The translations under genes were made by a program, and so were the position numbers. Shown here piece after piece: positions 11,992 through 24,086 of a stretch of DNA of 64,000 nt; positions within the stretch are counted from its first letter, which is position 1; every line of letters starts with the position of its first letter. This DNA is from Auanema rhodensis (lineage: Eukaryota > Animalia > Nematoda). Where the stretch lies: positions 7,254,001 to 7,318,000 of the forward strand of contig OZ059895.1 of NCBI GenBank assembly GCA_964057225.1. Reading direction: 5' to 3'. The notes under the pieces were generated by a model. It was not told the origin of the DNA. It searched no databases and saw only the letters and a program-made list of their open reading frames with translations.

Positions 11992-14958
11992 TCATTTTTC
12001 TTTCTTTTGTGAAGTTGACTCTTCTTTGCCTTTCAACGGGAGTGGTAATCCATCTTTATCTTGCATATTTAGTACAACCTGAAAATGATAAAAAAAGGTA
12101 ACCATACGTATCAAAATACCCACCTGAATTCCTGCTTTTTTTACCACTCTACTTGCACAACTACGTGGTCCAAGTTCCCATAACTGAACTGCTGCCATGC
12201 CACCATGACCAGCTGCGAATAAAGCATGATGAGTAGTATCGGAAGCTTCATCACCATATCTTCAAATACTCATATATCACAACAATATCTGTTCAACTTA
12301 CTTTATACGAACGTTTTCAACAGTTTCCCTCGCAATACTCTTACAAAGATTCTTGCTACCTTCTTCTAAAGCGATCCACACGGTAGCAACTCCGACAATA
12401 CCACCACCAAGCACATCTTAAATATGTGTATATATTAGTTGTGCAGTTAAAATGAGCCTATTTGAAAAATGAGTATGAGTAGAGTAAAACAAAAGATTTT
12501 TATTGAAGAGATTTAAATTATTAGGTGTGCACAAAAGTTCCTGGCCCTCCTCGCGAGCACATGCATTCACCTCATAATCTCAAAACGTGTTTCCAGAAAC
12601 TTATAAAAATAAAACCATTTATTTTCCGAGGCTTTCTGATCATTCTTAGCCAACTTTTTTATTTCTTTTTAGAAAACTGCTCTAGGCTTTGTGTGAAAAA
12701 AGTTGGTCAGGAAGGCTTTGACCTTCTCCCCTTCTCATCATTTAAAAAAAAAAAGAAGCAAGGTCTGGTGAATAGGTATATGCTTCAGGAGCTTTTGCGC
12801 ACACCTGATATATTTATTACGAGAATTTATTATTTTTTCTATTCATCACATGTAGTCGATTGTTTTACTATTTAAGAAATTTTCTATTTTTTGCCAGAAA
12901 TTCCTTCATTAAATTGGTGAAGAAGGGGCGCATAAGTGAAACATCTATAACAAAAATTAGAAAAAAAAGTTCGAAGAAAAAAAAGAATTTTTAAATATGA
13001 AGTTTTAAAATTTAAATGGCTTATATTTTTATTATATTAAAATATTTTAATTTTTGAACATTTTGTGAAATTTGCATAAAAGTTTGAATTATGACTGATA
13101 TTTTTATGTCAATTTTAGAAATCAATCTTTTAATATATTATATTAGAATTATCATTTTTATAGACCAAATATGGAAAAATCCACAGATTCTTTTAAATAT
13201 TTAAAAATGGGCCAAATGTGAAATCATTGTTTCTTATTAATTAAATAAGATAAAGCAGTATCATTTGTACTTCATGACATAATTACTAAGATATATGTTT
13301 TTACTCAGTACCTCACCAAGCCTACTGTAATAAATACATTTTACAAAGTAAAAGCTTCTGCCTGATAATTAACTCACCTATTGTTCCAGAGACAAGACTT
13401 CCACCTCTGCTCTCGCCGAATGTTTTTTGTGCTCCTGAAGCAATTGATTTACCAACTGACACACCAACAGATCCAATTTTATCGACTGAAAAAAATATTG
13501 AGTAATAAACCAAACACAGTGAAGCCTATTACGCAGTTTTCTTGTACACTTTGCCACAACCTTACTGCCTTTATGCATATACACCACACTAGTTCTTATA
13601 GCTGGAGTTATTGTTACAGGCTTTTCAGTTGGCTCCATATTGGATCGGTATCTAAAAAAATACTCATATGACAATAAAATAATTCATACATACTTCATTC
13701 CACTCTTTTCAACAGATGAAGCCCATTTTGACGATTTATTCTGTAGTCCAACAGCAATTTTTTGTCCACCTGAACAGATTTATATTTGAATGTTGTTAAA
13801 TTAAATATTGTTCTCATACTTGTAGCTAGAAATGCTGCAATTTTCTTGCCAACCGCCATATTTTCTTCCGGTGTTAATTCTTTCTTCAATTCTTGTTCTC
13901 GTAGCACAGCAAAGTATTGCAAAACTTCTTTAAACTCGTCTTCGAGCTTGGGTTCAATATTCAGAGGTAGCAAAATAGCTACCATCATATCTTAAATAAA
14001 ACTGCTACATAGTTGTCTTCAATACATCGACTTACTTGGATGGTCAGGAGTAGGATTAGGAACAACATAAGCTCCATAATCATTATGTAATATTGGAGTT
14101 TGATCCTTGATTAAAGGATACACCCAAGGCCCAACCTATATAACATTAGATTCAAAATATAATTTCCATTGCGATAAACCTGGATAAATGCCGTAGGTTC
14201 TCCAGCTTCCACTTTGAAAGAAAGTTCTTCATTCTGATTGAAACGAAACACTTGAAGAGACGTTGGATAAGTAGGTGCTGCTGTTTCATCCCCCTATAAG
14301 TAAAATATAAATTAGAATACCTATTCATTAGCTAGTTCGATATTTCAAAAACATTCAAGAAAGAAAGATAACTGTGCAAATAAGGAACTTAATGTTAAAA
14401 ACTTACATCAATTGTAAATAACTGAACACCGTCGGGTAAAAAGTACACGAGCTCTGCCTCCTGCTCCCCAACGGAGTCAAGGTTTTCTCGGATGTCAGAC
14501 ATGGCTTCTTTAGCTTTCTCCTTCTCAGAAACGTTAGGTGTTGCCGCAGTACCATCTTTGCGAATAGCAGTAATTCTAAAAAGCAATAAATCTTGATTAA
14601 TTAAAAATTTTAAAAAATACCGGTTTTGGACGCTTTTTTTAGAATCAGTCAAATTTTTATACATTTCGCTTTTTTTAGCATTTTTCTTTTTCTCAGCTGA
14701 ATTCAATAATTCAATTCCCTTCTCATACATATCCAAAGCATTAGCCTAAACGAAATGTCTTATTTTACTAATGAACTTATTGAATGATAACAGTTGGCAA
14801 TTTACAAAAAAATATTTGCGCTACTCTAGTAAAAAAATTTAACGAACCGTATCATTGACTTCATCATAACATAAACCTTGTTCGATACAAGCATAAGCTT
14901 CAGAGAATAATGCATCAGCTTCAGCAGTATCCGGTGGACCACGATTGAACAAAAACAT
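11992..14958 (-). CDS. spg-20: Spartin (MIT domain plus senescence domain)
   Basis: N-terminal AYACIEQGLCYDE...MYEKGIELL (MIT), middle IQVGPWVYPLIKDQTPIL...GAYVVPNP, C-terminal VATVWIALEEGSKNLCKSIARETVENVRIKYGDEA (senescence domain). A possible extra upstream exon at ~15186-15269 ends in a GTAAGT donor. Confidence 0.9.
12521..12808. mobile_element. Non-autonomous Tc1/mariner-type MITE (288 bp) in the large spartin intron
   Basis: Left end TA|TTAGGTGTGCACAAAAGTTCCTG; right end CAGGAGCTTTTGCGCACACCTGA|TA. This is a 23-bp terminal inverted repeat with 3 mismatches, flanked by TA. No transposase ORF inside. Confidence 0.8.
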
Positions 14959-15500
14959 CTTTAACTTTAAGAATGTTTAGAAGTAGCAATAAAATGAAAC
15001 AGAAGGAGAAATCAATAAAAATTAATATATCAATCAGAACTTTGAACAATTAGATGTAAACAATTCACTATTGAGTATTCCGATAATGTAAATATAAAAA
15101 AAAATAAAAGAAAAATATTAAAATATTTTGAAAATTGGAAAAAATGATGCGAATAACCTCGAAATTTTAAGTTTTTTCAACTTACTAACCAACTCAGACC
15201 ACTTTCACAAAATAAGTACCGATGACCCCCACTGTTGTTTTGTTCGTCTGGACTCTCCAACATCTGCATGATCTCTCAGTTCTTGTTACATGAGTTACAC
15301 GATTTCAAAACCAACAAGTGCATAATGAATATTGCTGACTCATAAACTTTTTATAAATTTCCATCAAAAGACGGCTATTTGAAATAACCAATACTCGGAC
15401 GTTTGCTCCGTGATAGAATAAAACAAGAATTGAAAGTTTCGAAAATCTTTATATCGACTAATCTAGAATTACATGAGTTCTCTTCTCTAGTCGCTAAAAA

Positions 15501-15769
15501 TCACTCGACGTAACGCTTGTTCCAAAGAGGGATGTATTGTCCAACAGTCTTCCATTCGCACAAGTAGATAGCCAAGAGGAATCCAGAAGCTCCATAGGCT
15601 CCGTAAGTAGGATAGCTGAAAATAAAAAACTTTAGCATATATTTACTTCATTTAAGAGGCAAAAATCAAGCGTTACGAGGCTATAAACCAAAAGAGCGAA
15701 AAAAAGAACGTACTAAATTGGATTGGTAACAGCATTCTTGATGAAGCGGAATGGTCTCATGTAAATCAT
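15501..15769 (-). CDS. ucr-11: Cytochrome bc1 complex small subunit (UQCR11/QCR10 family), ~56 aa, two exons
   Basis: MIYMRPFRFIKNAVTNPIY|YPTYGAYGASGFLLAIYLCEWKTVGQYIPLWNKRYVE*. Single TM helix followed by a W...IP motif. Absent from the ORF track. Confidence 0.85.
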
Positions 15770-16000
15770 GTTTAACCTAAACAACATATTGCAGTTATAA
15801 GGAATAATGAGAGGATCATGAAAGAAATATAAACTACGACGTTACGTCCATACTTTCTGCAATAATAAACTAAAACAAGCGTTTATTAAAAACCCAAGTC
15901 TAATAAATTAATATTAATAGTATATCACATTAAGGCATAAAGCCATCAACCCAAAAGTGTCAGGTACATAAATAAATAAGTAACACAACAGGATTTTTTC

Positions 16001-16428
16001 CTAACCAAGGAAATTAACAATAACAAGATGTAATACTACATGAGCAAGAATAAAATCAGCAAATGCACGTTCAGGAGAAATGTGGGAGAATTCGTTCTTG
16101 TTCTCAACATTAATCTGAATACGAAGGCAAGCTAAAATATATATATTATTCAAAATGTGATAATCCATGAAACTTACAAGCTAAAACAAAAGATGTTACA
16201 CAAGAAATAAATCCAGACAAGAATGAGTTGAATGGAAAAGTACCCACAATAACACAGTAAACGAACTGTAAACTCAAATTGAGAAAAACATTACAAATAA
16301 AATATAGATACCTGAATTACACCAGTCATGAAGATGTAAAACATGTAAGCATCAATAATTTTAAGCTTTTGAGGTGTGGTTTTCTGGTAATCACCAAAAA
16401 CCTTCTGAATAACATCTAGAAACTGCAT
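16001..16428 (-). CDS. dad-1: Oligosaccharyltransferase subunit DAD1
   Basis: [22 protein letters not shown]|[23 protein letters not shown]...LRIQIN...[26 protein letters not shown]. Confidence 0.97.
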
Positions 16429-16741
16429 TGTCTTACCTGAAATAAAATACAATTTTTATATTACAACAGAAAAAATTAATATAGAACGTAATTATCAGAT
16501 ATATATATACAACATAACGTCAAAAGCTAATATGTCCCCTTGCACATAGCCACGTCGAAAGTATTGTGCAATTTACAGTACCTACGATAATCTTTTACAA
16601 GTTTAGCATACTATTTATTTATGTTTAGTAACAATACAAGTCATAAGCCTGCCCATTAATCAATCAATATCAACAAGAAATACTTCAAATATTAAATCCA
16701 AATCTTAAAAAAAAATAAGAATCACACGTCAACGGCATTCT

Positions 16742-16925
16742 ATGGGCGGCGCAAAAGCGTGTCAGGATTTTTATCAAGTGTTCAAGCCGCCCTTTAATTT
16801 TTGTGTATTGGGTACGCGTGATGTGCGGTACAAACCTACAAAGAACAAGCATTGTGGGAGTGTCTGGATAATTTTGTCAATAGTTGTTGTACAACAGACT
16901 ATCAGTCTAGTTAAGATCCGCCCAT
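16742..16925. promoter_or_regulatory. Cluster of GC-box (CCGCCC) motifs in the dad-1/tre-1 divergent promoter
   Basis: ATGGGCGG at 16742, GCCGCCC at 16786 and CCGCCCAT at 16918, in otherwise AT-rich DNA. The same 8-mer occurs at 35307 in the TDP2/tfg-1 divergent promoter. Confidence 0.45.
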
Positions 16926-17030
16926 ATTCAGATCTAATTTAATAGAGTTGTCTGTTCGTTTCAAACTAGGATGGGCATGTGCGGTCAATTCTAAGTCTAT
17001 TTAATATTCATTTATCATTAGGAATTCATC

Positions 17031-19897
17031 ATGCTTTATGCTGTTCTTTCAGTTTTAAGGTATGATCAGTTTGAACAAACTTTTACCAAAAACTGATCAT
17101 TTTTTTCTAGTCAGATTTACTGCAATGGCCCTATACTTGAGACAGTGCAAGATGCTTATCTTTTCACTGACTCAAAACATTTTGTGGATATGTCATTAAA
17201 ATATGATCCAGGTAAAGAAATATTACTAAAATACAATTACGGGTGAATATGCCATTTATGCATAAATTCTATCGAAAGAAAACTATCTTATGTAATCAAA
17301 GAAAACCTAAAGAAGACGGGTTTTCGTTCAGTTTTCTCGACTGTCATTAATTTAGACAGTCATGTAAACATGATTTATGTCCCTCTTTTGCAGTCTCCAC
17401 TTTACGAGAGTTTGACATGTTGGGTGAGTCTGTTAACGACCCCGTAGTACTAAAAGAGTTCATCGCTGCTCATTTTAATCCTCCGGGTACTGAATTGATA
17501 GAATGGTTTGAAAAATATATTTGAAACGATATTAATTAAGTAGTTAAGGAATCCGCACGATTATGTGGATTTTCCATCAAATTTTCTAAATATTCAAGAT
17601 TATCATCATCGCAGATGGGCATTGCATTTACATCGTATTTGGAAAGAACTTTGTCGACGAGTTAGTATTTCTCTTACACTATTACAACCTTCGAAGAAAT
17701 CAATGGATGATTCGATTATCTTTAGGTTAAAGATGATGTTCGTTTGAATCAAGACCGTTATTCCCTTCTCTATGTACCTTATCCTTTTATAATTCCTGGA
17801 GGGAGATTTCGCGAGTTTTACTACTGGTTTGATATGCTGGCAAGCCAAAGAAAATCAATTCTTCAGGGATACATTTTGGATTCTCAAAGGCTTGCTTTTC
17901 TCTGAAATGTATGATACTGCCCAAGGTGTCATTAAAAATTTAGCTTACATGGTTGACAAGTATGCTTCACCTTCTTACAGTTTTATTTCATTATTTATTT
18001 AAGTAATGGCTTTGTACCCAATGGAGGTAGAGTTTATTATTTGTCGCGATCTCAGCCGCCTTTGCTTATCCCTATGGTTTATGACTATTATCTTGCCACT
18101 GGAAATTTGGATTTTGTACTTGATATTTTGCCTACCTTGGAAAAAGAATACAATTTCTGGGTTGACAAACGTTCAACCGATGTATTAGATGAAGAAGGCA
18201 ATATGAAGTTAGGTTTACGCTAATTCATACTGATTATTTCTTGTTATTAGGTACCCATATTATCAGTATAAAGCAAAACAAATTGTGCCTAGGCCAGAGT
18301 CTTATCGTGAAGATAAAGAGTTGGTCCAAGGATTGCCTGATGGTTTATATAAAAGTTTCGTACAAACATAGTTTCTTATTTTTTCAGAGGAAAAAATACG
18401 AATTTGGTCTGAAGTTGCTTCAGCTGCTGAAACCGGCTGGGATTTTTCAACACGATGGTTCGCTCAGAGTGGTGATTTAAAACATCATATGGAAAGTATC
18501 AGGTAATTAATTACTACAATGATAAAATATTATTTGGAGCAAAAGTAAATATTTTTAAAAAAATCATCAGTATTTGCAAAATTTAGTCGAATATCTTTTC
18601 TTTTAGGACATGGAGCATTATTCCTGTTGATCTCAATGCATTTTTATGTGCCAATTCTAGGATTTTAGCTAATCTGTTCGAAATACAAGGTGTTTTATAT
18701 ACACATTTATGAGATATATTCAATAACTATTAGGTAATACTGAAAAATTACGGATGTATACGCAAAGATATAAATGGGCGAAGCGTCAGATGCTTGAAAT
18801 CCATTGGAATCAAACCGATGGTATTTGGTATGACTTCGATTTGGAAACAAAAGTAATTTCAATAATTAGATCACATACTTTATATCTTTTAGCGCCATTC
18901 TAATACTTATTATGTATCGAATGCAGTGCCATTATATGCTAAATGTTTCGATGATGATGAAGATATCATACCCCATAGAGTGCATGACTATTTGAAGGTA
19001 ACGTAAATACGTTTTCACTTCTGAAACATGTGATGATCAAATGATTCTTGCCTTGAATGATCCGGTAACACGTTGTACTAAAACGAATTTTTGATCTTAT
19101 TACTTTTTCTTATTAGTTCATCAATCAAACCAATTCTTCCCAACAATTTTTTTCTTCTCCTAATTAAACCCGATGTTTAGCATTACGAATCACAAACCTT
19201 AAAAAACCTTAAATAAAACTGGAAAATAACAACTAACCATGTTTTTGACAGAGAGAAGGAGTTATGAATTTCACAAAGGGACTTCCTACTTCTCTTGCTA
19301 TGGGTAGTGAGCAGCAATGGGATAAAGATAACGCGTGGCCACCAATGATTCACATGGTTATTGAAGGCTTTCGCACTACAGGAGATCGAATTTTGATGCA
19401 GGTTTTTGTTTTCTATATTCATGAAGATTAGTACTTATTTGAAATTTTAGGTTGCAGAAAAAATGGCTACATCTTGGCTTTCTGTAACCTACAGGTCTTT
19501 TATTAGAACTCATGCTATGTTTGAAAAGTATAATGTTACTCAACACACGGAAGAAGCTGGAGCTGGAGGTGGTGGAGAATACGAAGTACAGGTAAGACTT
19601 TTTCTGTAGCCAATTAGTAATTTGCTGTAACCGTTTTCACACCTCGGGAATAACCTGTTGCTAGATTTATGACCTGTCTAGTTTAATATGGTGCCATTCC
19701 GTATCATTTTCAGAGTAAAAAATCTTTCTTAATTTTGATAATTTTAGAAAGGATTCGGATGGACTAACGGCGTAATCTTAGACTTATTAGACAAATATGG
19801 AGATAAACTGACGGTTACGGGTGAAAGCAGTAGTACATCTATCATTGGAAATATTTTTACTTGCTTAGTACCACTTCTTATATTATATATTCTATAA
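17031..19897 (+). CDS. tre-1: Trehalase (GH37)
   Basis: QIYCNGPILETVQ...DSKHFVDM, PFIIPGGRFREFYYWD, GFVPNGGRVYYLSRSQPPLL, AAETGWDFSTRWF, QQWDKDNAWPP, GFGWTNGVILDLL, and a hydrophobic C-terminal tail. Confidence 0.97.
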
Positions 19898-20008
19898 ATT
19901 GACAGATCATTCGCATATGTACAGTACAAATTAGTATTTTACAAACCGGTTATCTACAGTTGTGAGCAAATTTGAAAAATTATCAGATTAGATCCTTCGA
20001 GTAATGGG

Positions 20009-21226
20009 TCACAATATTTCGACAGATTCGGTAAAACTTTCTTCTACGTTATTCACAGCAGATTCCAATAGAGATTTAGCCTCTTCTATTAGTTTATATC
20101 CGTCGCTCAAAGTTAAGCATTTACGACAATCATTTTTCAACACGTTGTATTTCTGAAAAATCACGAGTAAAATACATTTCTAATCTCCTTTTGCAACCTC
20201 TTCAATTTCTCCTCTTTTACCTTCGGGTATTATTGCCAGTTTGTTTAAGAGCTGTTCTGTGTTTAAGTACATTTCACTTGTTAACTGTAAAATGTAAAGA
20301 CTTTGTTTGATAAATTGTTTTGTTCTCATATGTCTTACTAGCAATGTTACAAGCTTAGTGCTGCTGTGCCCACGGTGGATTGATGTTAAGATACAGCCTC
20401 CACACAGAGCCTCTCGCCAAGCCTTAATTAAAAATCGAATAAGTTGTGGATTTATAGCTATCACCAGCTCAGTGTCATTCATTATATAGGCATTTTTTCT
20501 TTTAGAGAATATGTTCTTTGTCAGACCACACTGCAGACATATACGAGCAGCATATTGGTTCATCATAACTTTACATCGACTACATTGGAACATCGATGAA
20601 CTCTTCGTGTTCTTTATACTTTCTTCTAAACTATCAACTTCTGACTTCTGTAAAAATCTCTTCACGCTTTAAAGAGGACAAAAAAGAATAGTTTACCATG
20701 GCTTCAATTAGCTTTCTTTGATTATTTCGTTTTTCTTCTAATTCTTTTGACAAATCATTTAATCTACGATCGCATACCACAAAATCACGCTTAACATCTG
20801 TGCATAAACTTAAATAAATTATTGGAAAATGATCCAACTTCGAATATTGTGAATGACAGAAGATCGTTGTGAAATCAATTCAGGTAGCTCATCTATAATA
20901 CTAAATATAAATATATTGGCAAATGATAACTAACCGACTAATTGCCAATTGCCTACTTTATCAAGAAATGATAAATCTAATTTACAGAAAGGGCATTTAC
21001 TATTAGATCTTAAAAAAACTGAAGATTAATGTTTTAGAGATATTTCTTACTGTAATAAAACTGAATTTCTACATTGTTCGCACAATGTATGTCCACATAT
21101 ACCTTTTACAGGTTTGTTCAAGAGATGGTCTAAAAATTAACACAATCACGTTGTAGTTGGAAATCATAGTCCAAAACCATAAGGGTGACTGCAGATATAG
21201 CAATTAAAAGGCTCTAAGTCATCCAT
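20009..21226 (-). CDS. RING finger protein with a downstream Cys/His (B-box-like) cluster
   Basis: MDDLEPFNCYICSHPY...CGHTLCEQC...CPFC (C3HC4 RING), a coiled-coil-like segment, then CSRC...CLQC...CGGC...HRGH. Confidence 0.75.
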
Positions 21227-21387
21227 ATTACTTACACAAAAATAAATTAAAACCTATAAATAACAAAGAAATTGAAAAATTAGGTCGAACATAGAAACCT
21301 TGTGGAATTGAATACAAACCATTAAAAATCAAGAAACACTAAAACTATAAAAATTTATTCAATTTCAACACCATGAACATGTTCATT

Positions 21388-22772
21388 TTACCGATTTTCA
21401 CCTTCCCAATCATAAGAACAATTTACATCACCTTTACAAATTTTTGCACACTAAATATTATAACTTTCATGAATCATTCACAAAATTATATAGCAATCGA
21501 TTGAAATAAAAAAAAAACTTACATTTTTTAATGTATCATAAGCAAGATTATAATTGATAGAGGTATTATAATATCTCAGGCTGTCAATGTAATCAAGCAA
21601 GTCACCTAATTCTCTTTTTGCGGGATTGTTTTGGAATAGTAATGGCTTAAAGACAGATATAATAGCAAAATACGTCTGATATTCTTCTAACTCACTCTTT
21701 TTTCTTTGCGACATTCCTCTTTACATTTAGCAACTTCGTGCCTGTCTACAATTTTTTTCCATGGAAGGCCTAAATTTCGTGGTATGACCAGAACGGCAAT
21801 TATAAAATACCTTCAGGGATCAAAATATCTATTAAAAGATAAAACCATGATTCACAATCATCCTTGAATCCTAACTCTTGATTTCTGTGACAAGCCAGGG
21901 AAGCAAAACGAACTGTTCCCTAAACATAGTAACTATAAACATGAAAAAGATTGAAACGTCAACTTTGAATCTAGCTTCCTTCCTCGGTCCCTTTAATTCA
22001 TTATTTTCATTCAAAATTTTTCGTGCTATACCAAAATCAAGCAAATAGATCTGAGATAAAAAACATGATATTAACTAGAACTTCGAGTTCATCGTACAAT
22101 TCTTCGGCGTTGGTTCAATCCACAAGCATAATTAGCAGGTTTCAAGTCGCGATGAATAAAGCCATGTTTGTGGATATCTTGCACAGCTTCAAGGCATTGA
22201 ATAGCAACTCCAAATGCGGTAGAAGGAGAAAATATCTGAAAGTTCACTGGAACTATATCTACTATCTCAAAAATATTCCGAACTCGTCCGGGTAGAGCAG
22301 CTTTAAGATCAGCTAAACTTTTCCCTACTAATTCCATTACAAGAAAAAAATAAGTTTCTTTCTTTCCACGATCAACTATTTGCGTGAAGTGAGAATGTTC
22401 TCTTTCCCCACAAACTAATTTCAAAATGGCAATCTAAATTCACAAAAAGAATAGCAACAGCTTTTTGTCTTATAATTACTTCCATACGAAGTTTTGAATG
22501 CTCCCTACTTTCCATTTTTTTTTCAATTTTCATAGCATATATTTTTCTATCATCTGTTTGTTCACAAACTCTTAAATAAACAATTCATAACATAATAAAA
22601 CAAGTACAACTTATATACTGCTCCAAATCCACCTTTACCCAAAAGTTCTACGATTGAATAATTGGCTTTCCCGGACGAAACAATAGTTCCCTTAAAGAAT
22701 GATGAACCTGACTCGTATCATGAAAATCAACAAAACTATGTGAATCACATCCTCTTCCTCTGATATGCTCAT
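21388..22772 (-). CDS. Tau-tubulin kinase-like Ser/Thr kinase (nematode-expanded CK1 group)
   Basis: LLGKGGFGAVY, YAMKIEK, HRDLKPANYACG, LLDFGIARK, FKGTVRFASLACH, DDCESWFY, LPWK, and C-terminal YDWE. Confidence 0.92.
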
Positions 22773-23041
22773 TACAGCTGGACTAACACGTGACAAAAGT
22801 GAAAATGAAATCTGGACACGCGTACATCTCACGTGAAATGAACTGTTGACCAAACAATATCGTAACTATTATGGAAATAATGCATCCTTTCAGGTAAAAA
22901 ACTAATGATTAAAAGCAGAACAACCTTCAAATTCCATACTCACATGTAAAGGTTGCAAGTAAACTCTTTTTTTTTGTATTTGTAACCATAATGGTGTAAA
23001 AAATAGAACGTAACTACAATACCATTCGTACAAAACTGTAC

Positions 23042-23118
23042 TTAACGACAAATCGCGTCAAAAAAAAGCAAGTATTACTTACCAAATATATGTATATTTT
23101 GACGCGATTTATTGTCAA
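23042..23118. repeat. Imperfect inverted repeat (~22-bp arms, 14-bp perfect core)
   Basis: AAATCGCGTCAAAA ... TTTTGACGCGATTT; the outer arms differ only by transitions. Confidence 0.55.
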
Positions 23119-24086
23119 ATTATTTAATATATACCTTTCATAAATTGTGTCTTCTTCTAATTCTTGTTTCTTTGTGTCTATCTCTATTCTATGGATAACA
23201 ACGGCACCAGCTTCTTACGGCTAAACTAATTTACCAGAAATACTCGGCTTTGAAAAAACTAGAATATTTTATGGGAAAAAGGGATGTTCTTTCCTACTCC
23301 TGATGGGGCCAACTGTAGACTTGTTCCACGCATCAATAATTTAGCATAATAACACAACTGCCCTTAGATAGCATTTTGAAGTGTAATTCATTTGAAAAAC
23401 GTAAAACATCATTAGTTTTTAAAAGTTTTATTTGAAGATTCACAAATAATTTTTCAAAAATGAGATTCATGAAGCGAAGTGCTTCGTAGGGATATAAAAA
23501 ATGATTCCTAAATCTTTTCATTCCATACAACTTAATGCTGCTCAATTCAAGTTTCCACGAAGAAGACGAAGACGTTTCTTGGCAAATACGTTTCTCTGGG
23601 CAATAATTGCTCCTATAATATTAGTCGTGTGTCGCATGACTAAACGATTAAGCGTGACTTTACAGAACATTCTTCAAATGTTTGTCGATCATTCTGTTGT
23701 CTTTTTAATGGGACCTTATAGATAATCATTAATTTTTACTAAACTTTTCTGAGCGTATCTGATCAAACTGTAGCTTATTTGCCTCTTTTCCTACCAGGTG
23801 AATCTTGTTCAGTGATCCATTTTACTTAATTTCTAAAATATGTTTGAGATCGCTGTTCCAATATTACTTTTATATACAAGATAATCAATTTTTTCAAATC
23901 ATACACTAGAACCAAACTGTTATTTTATCAGATTTAAGAGTATTTCGCATAAGTATCAGCACTTGTAGCTTTATTACATTAATATCGAGCATCAAAACCA
24001 GTTTCATTATTGCAAAAACATCCGAGTTTTCAGTTCAATTTTTAGCAACAACGTTCAAGTAAATAAAAACATGTTTCAATTCCTTG

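Noticed and set aside
12525-12875. 116-aa ORF overlapping the MITE
   Set aside because: No transposase motifs, a GTG start inside the TIR, and it runs past the element end.
15181-15270. CTAACCAACTCAGACCAC resembles the RNase P RNA CR-V motif; minus-strand ACAGTGGGGGTCAT resembles RNase MRP CR-V
   Set aside because: No matching CR-I/P4 partner lies upstream on the same strand. The island is better explained as an upstream spartin exon ending in a GTAAGT donor.
16742-16800. GGGCGGC...GCCGCCC stem followed by a T-run, suggesting a Y RNA/sbRNA
   Set aside because: It lacks the sbRNA/Y stem-bulge motifs, and both arms are GC-box words that recur in promoters.
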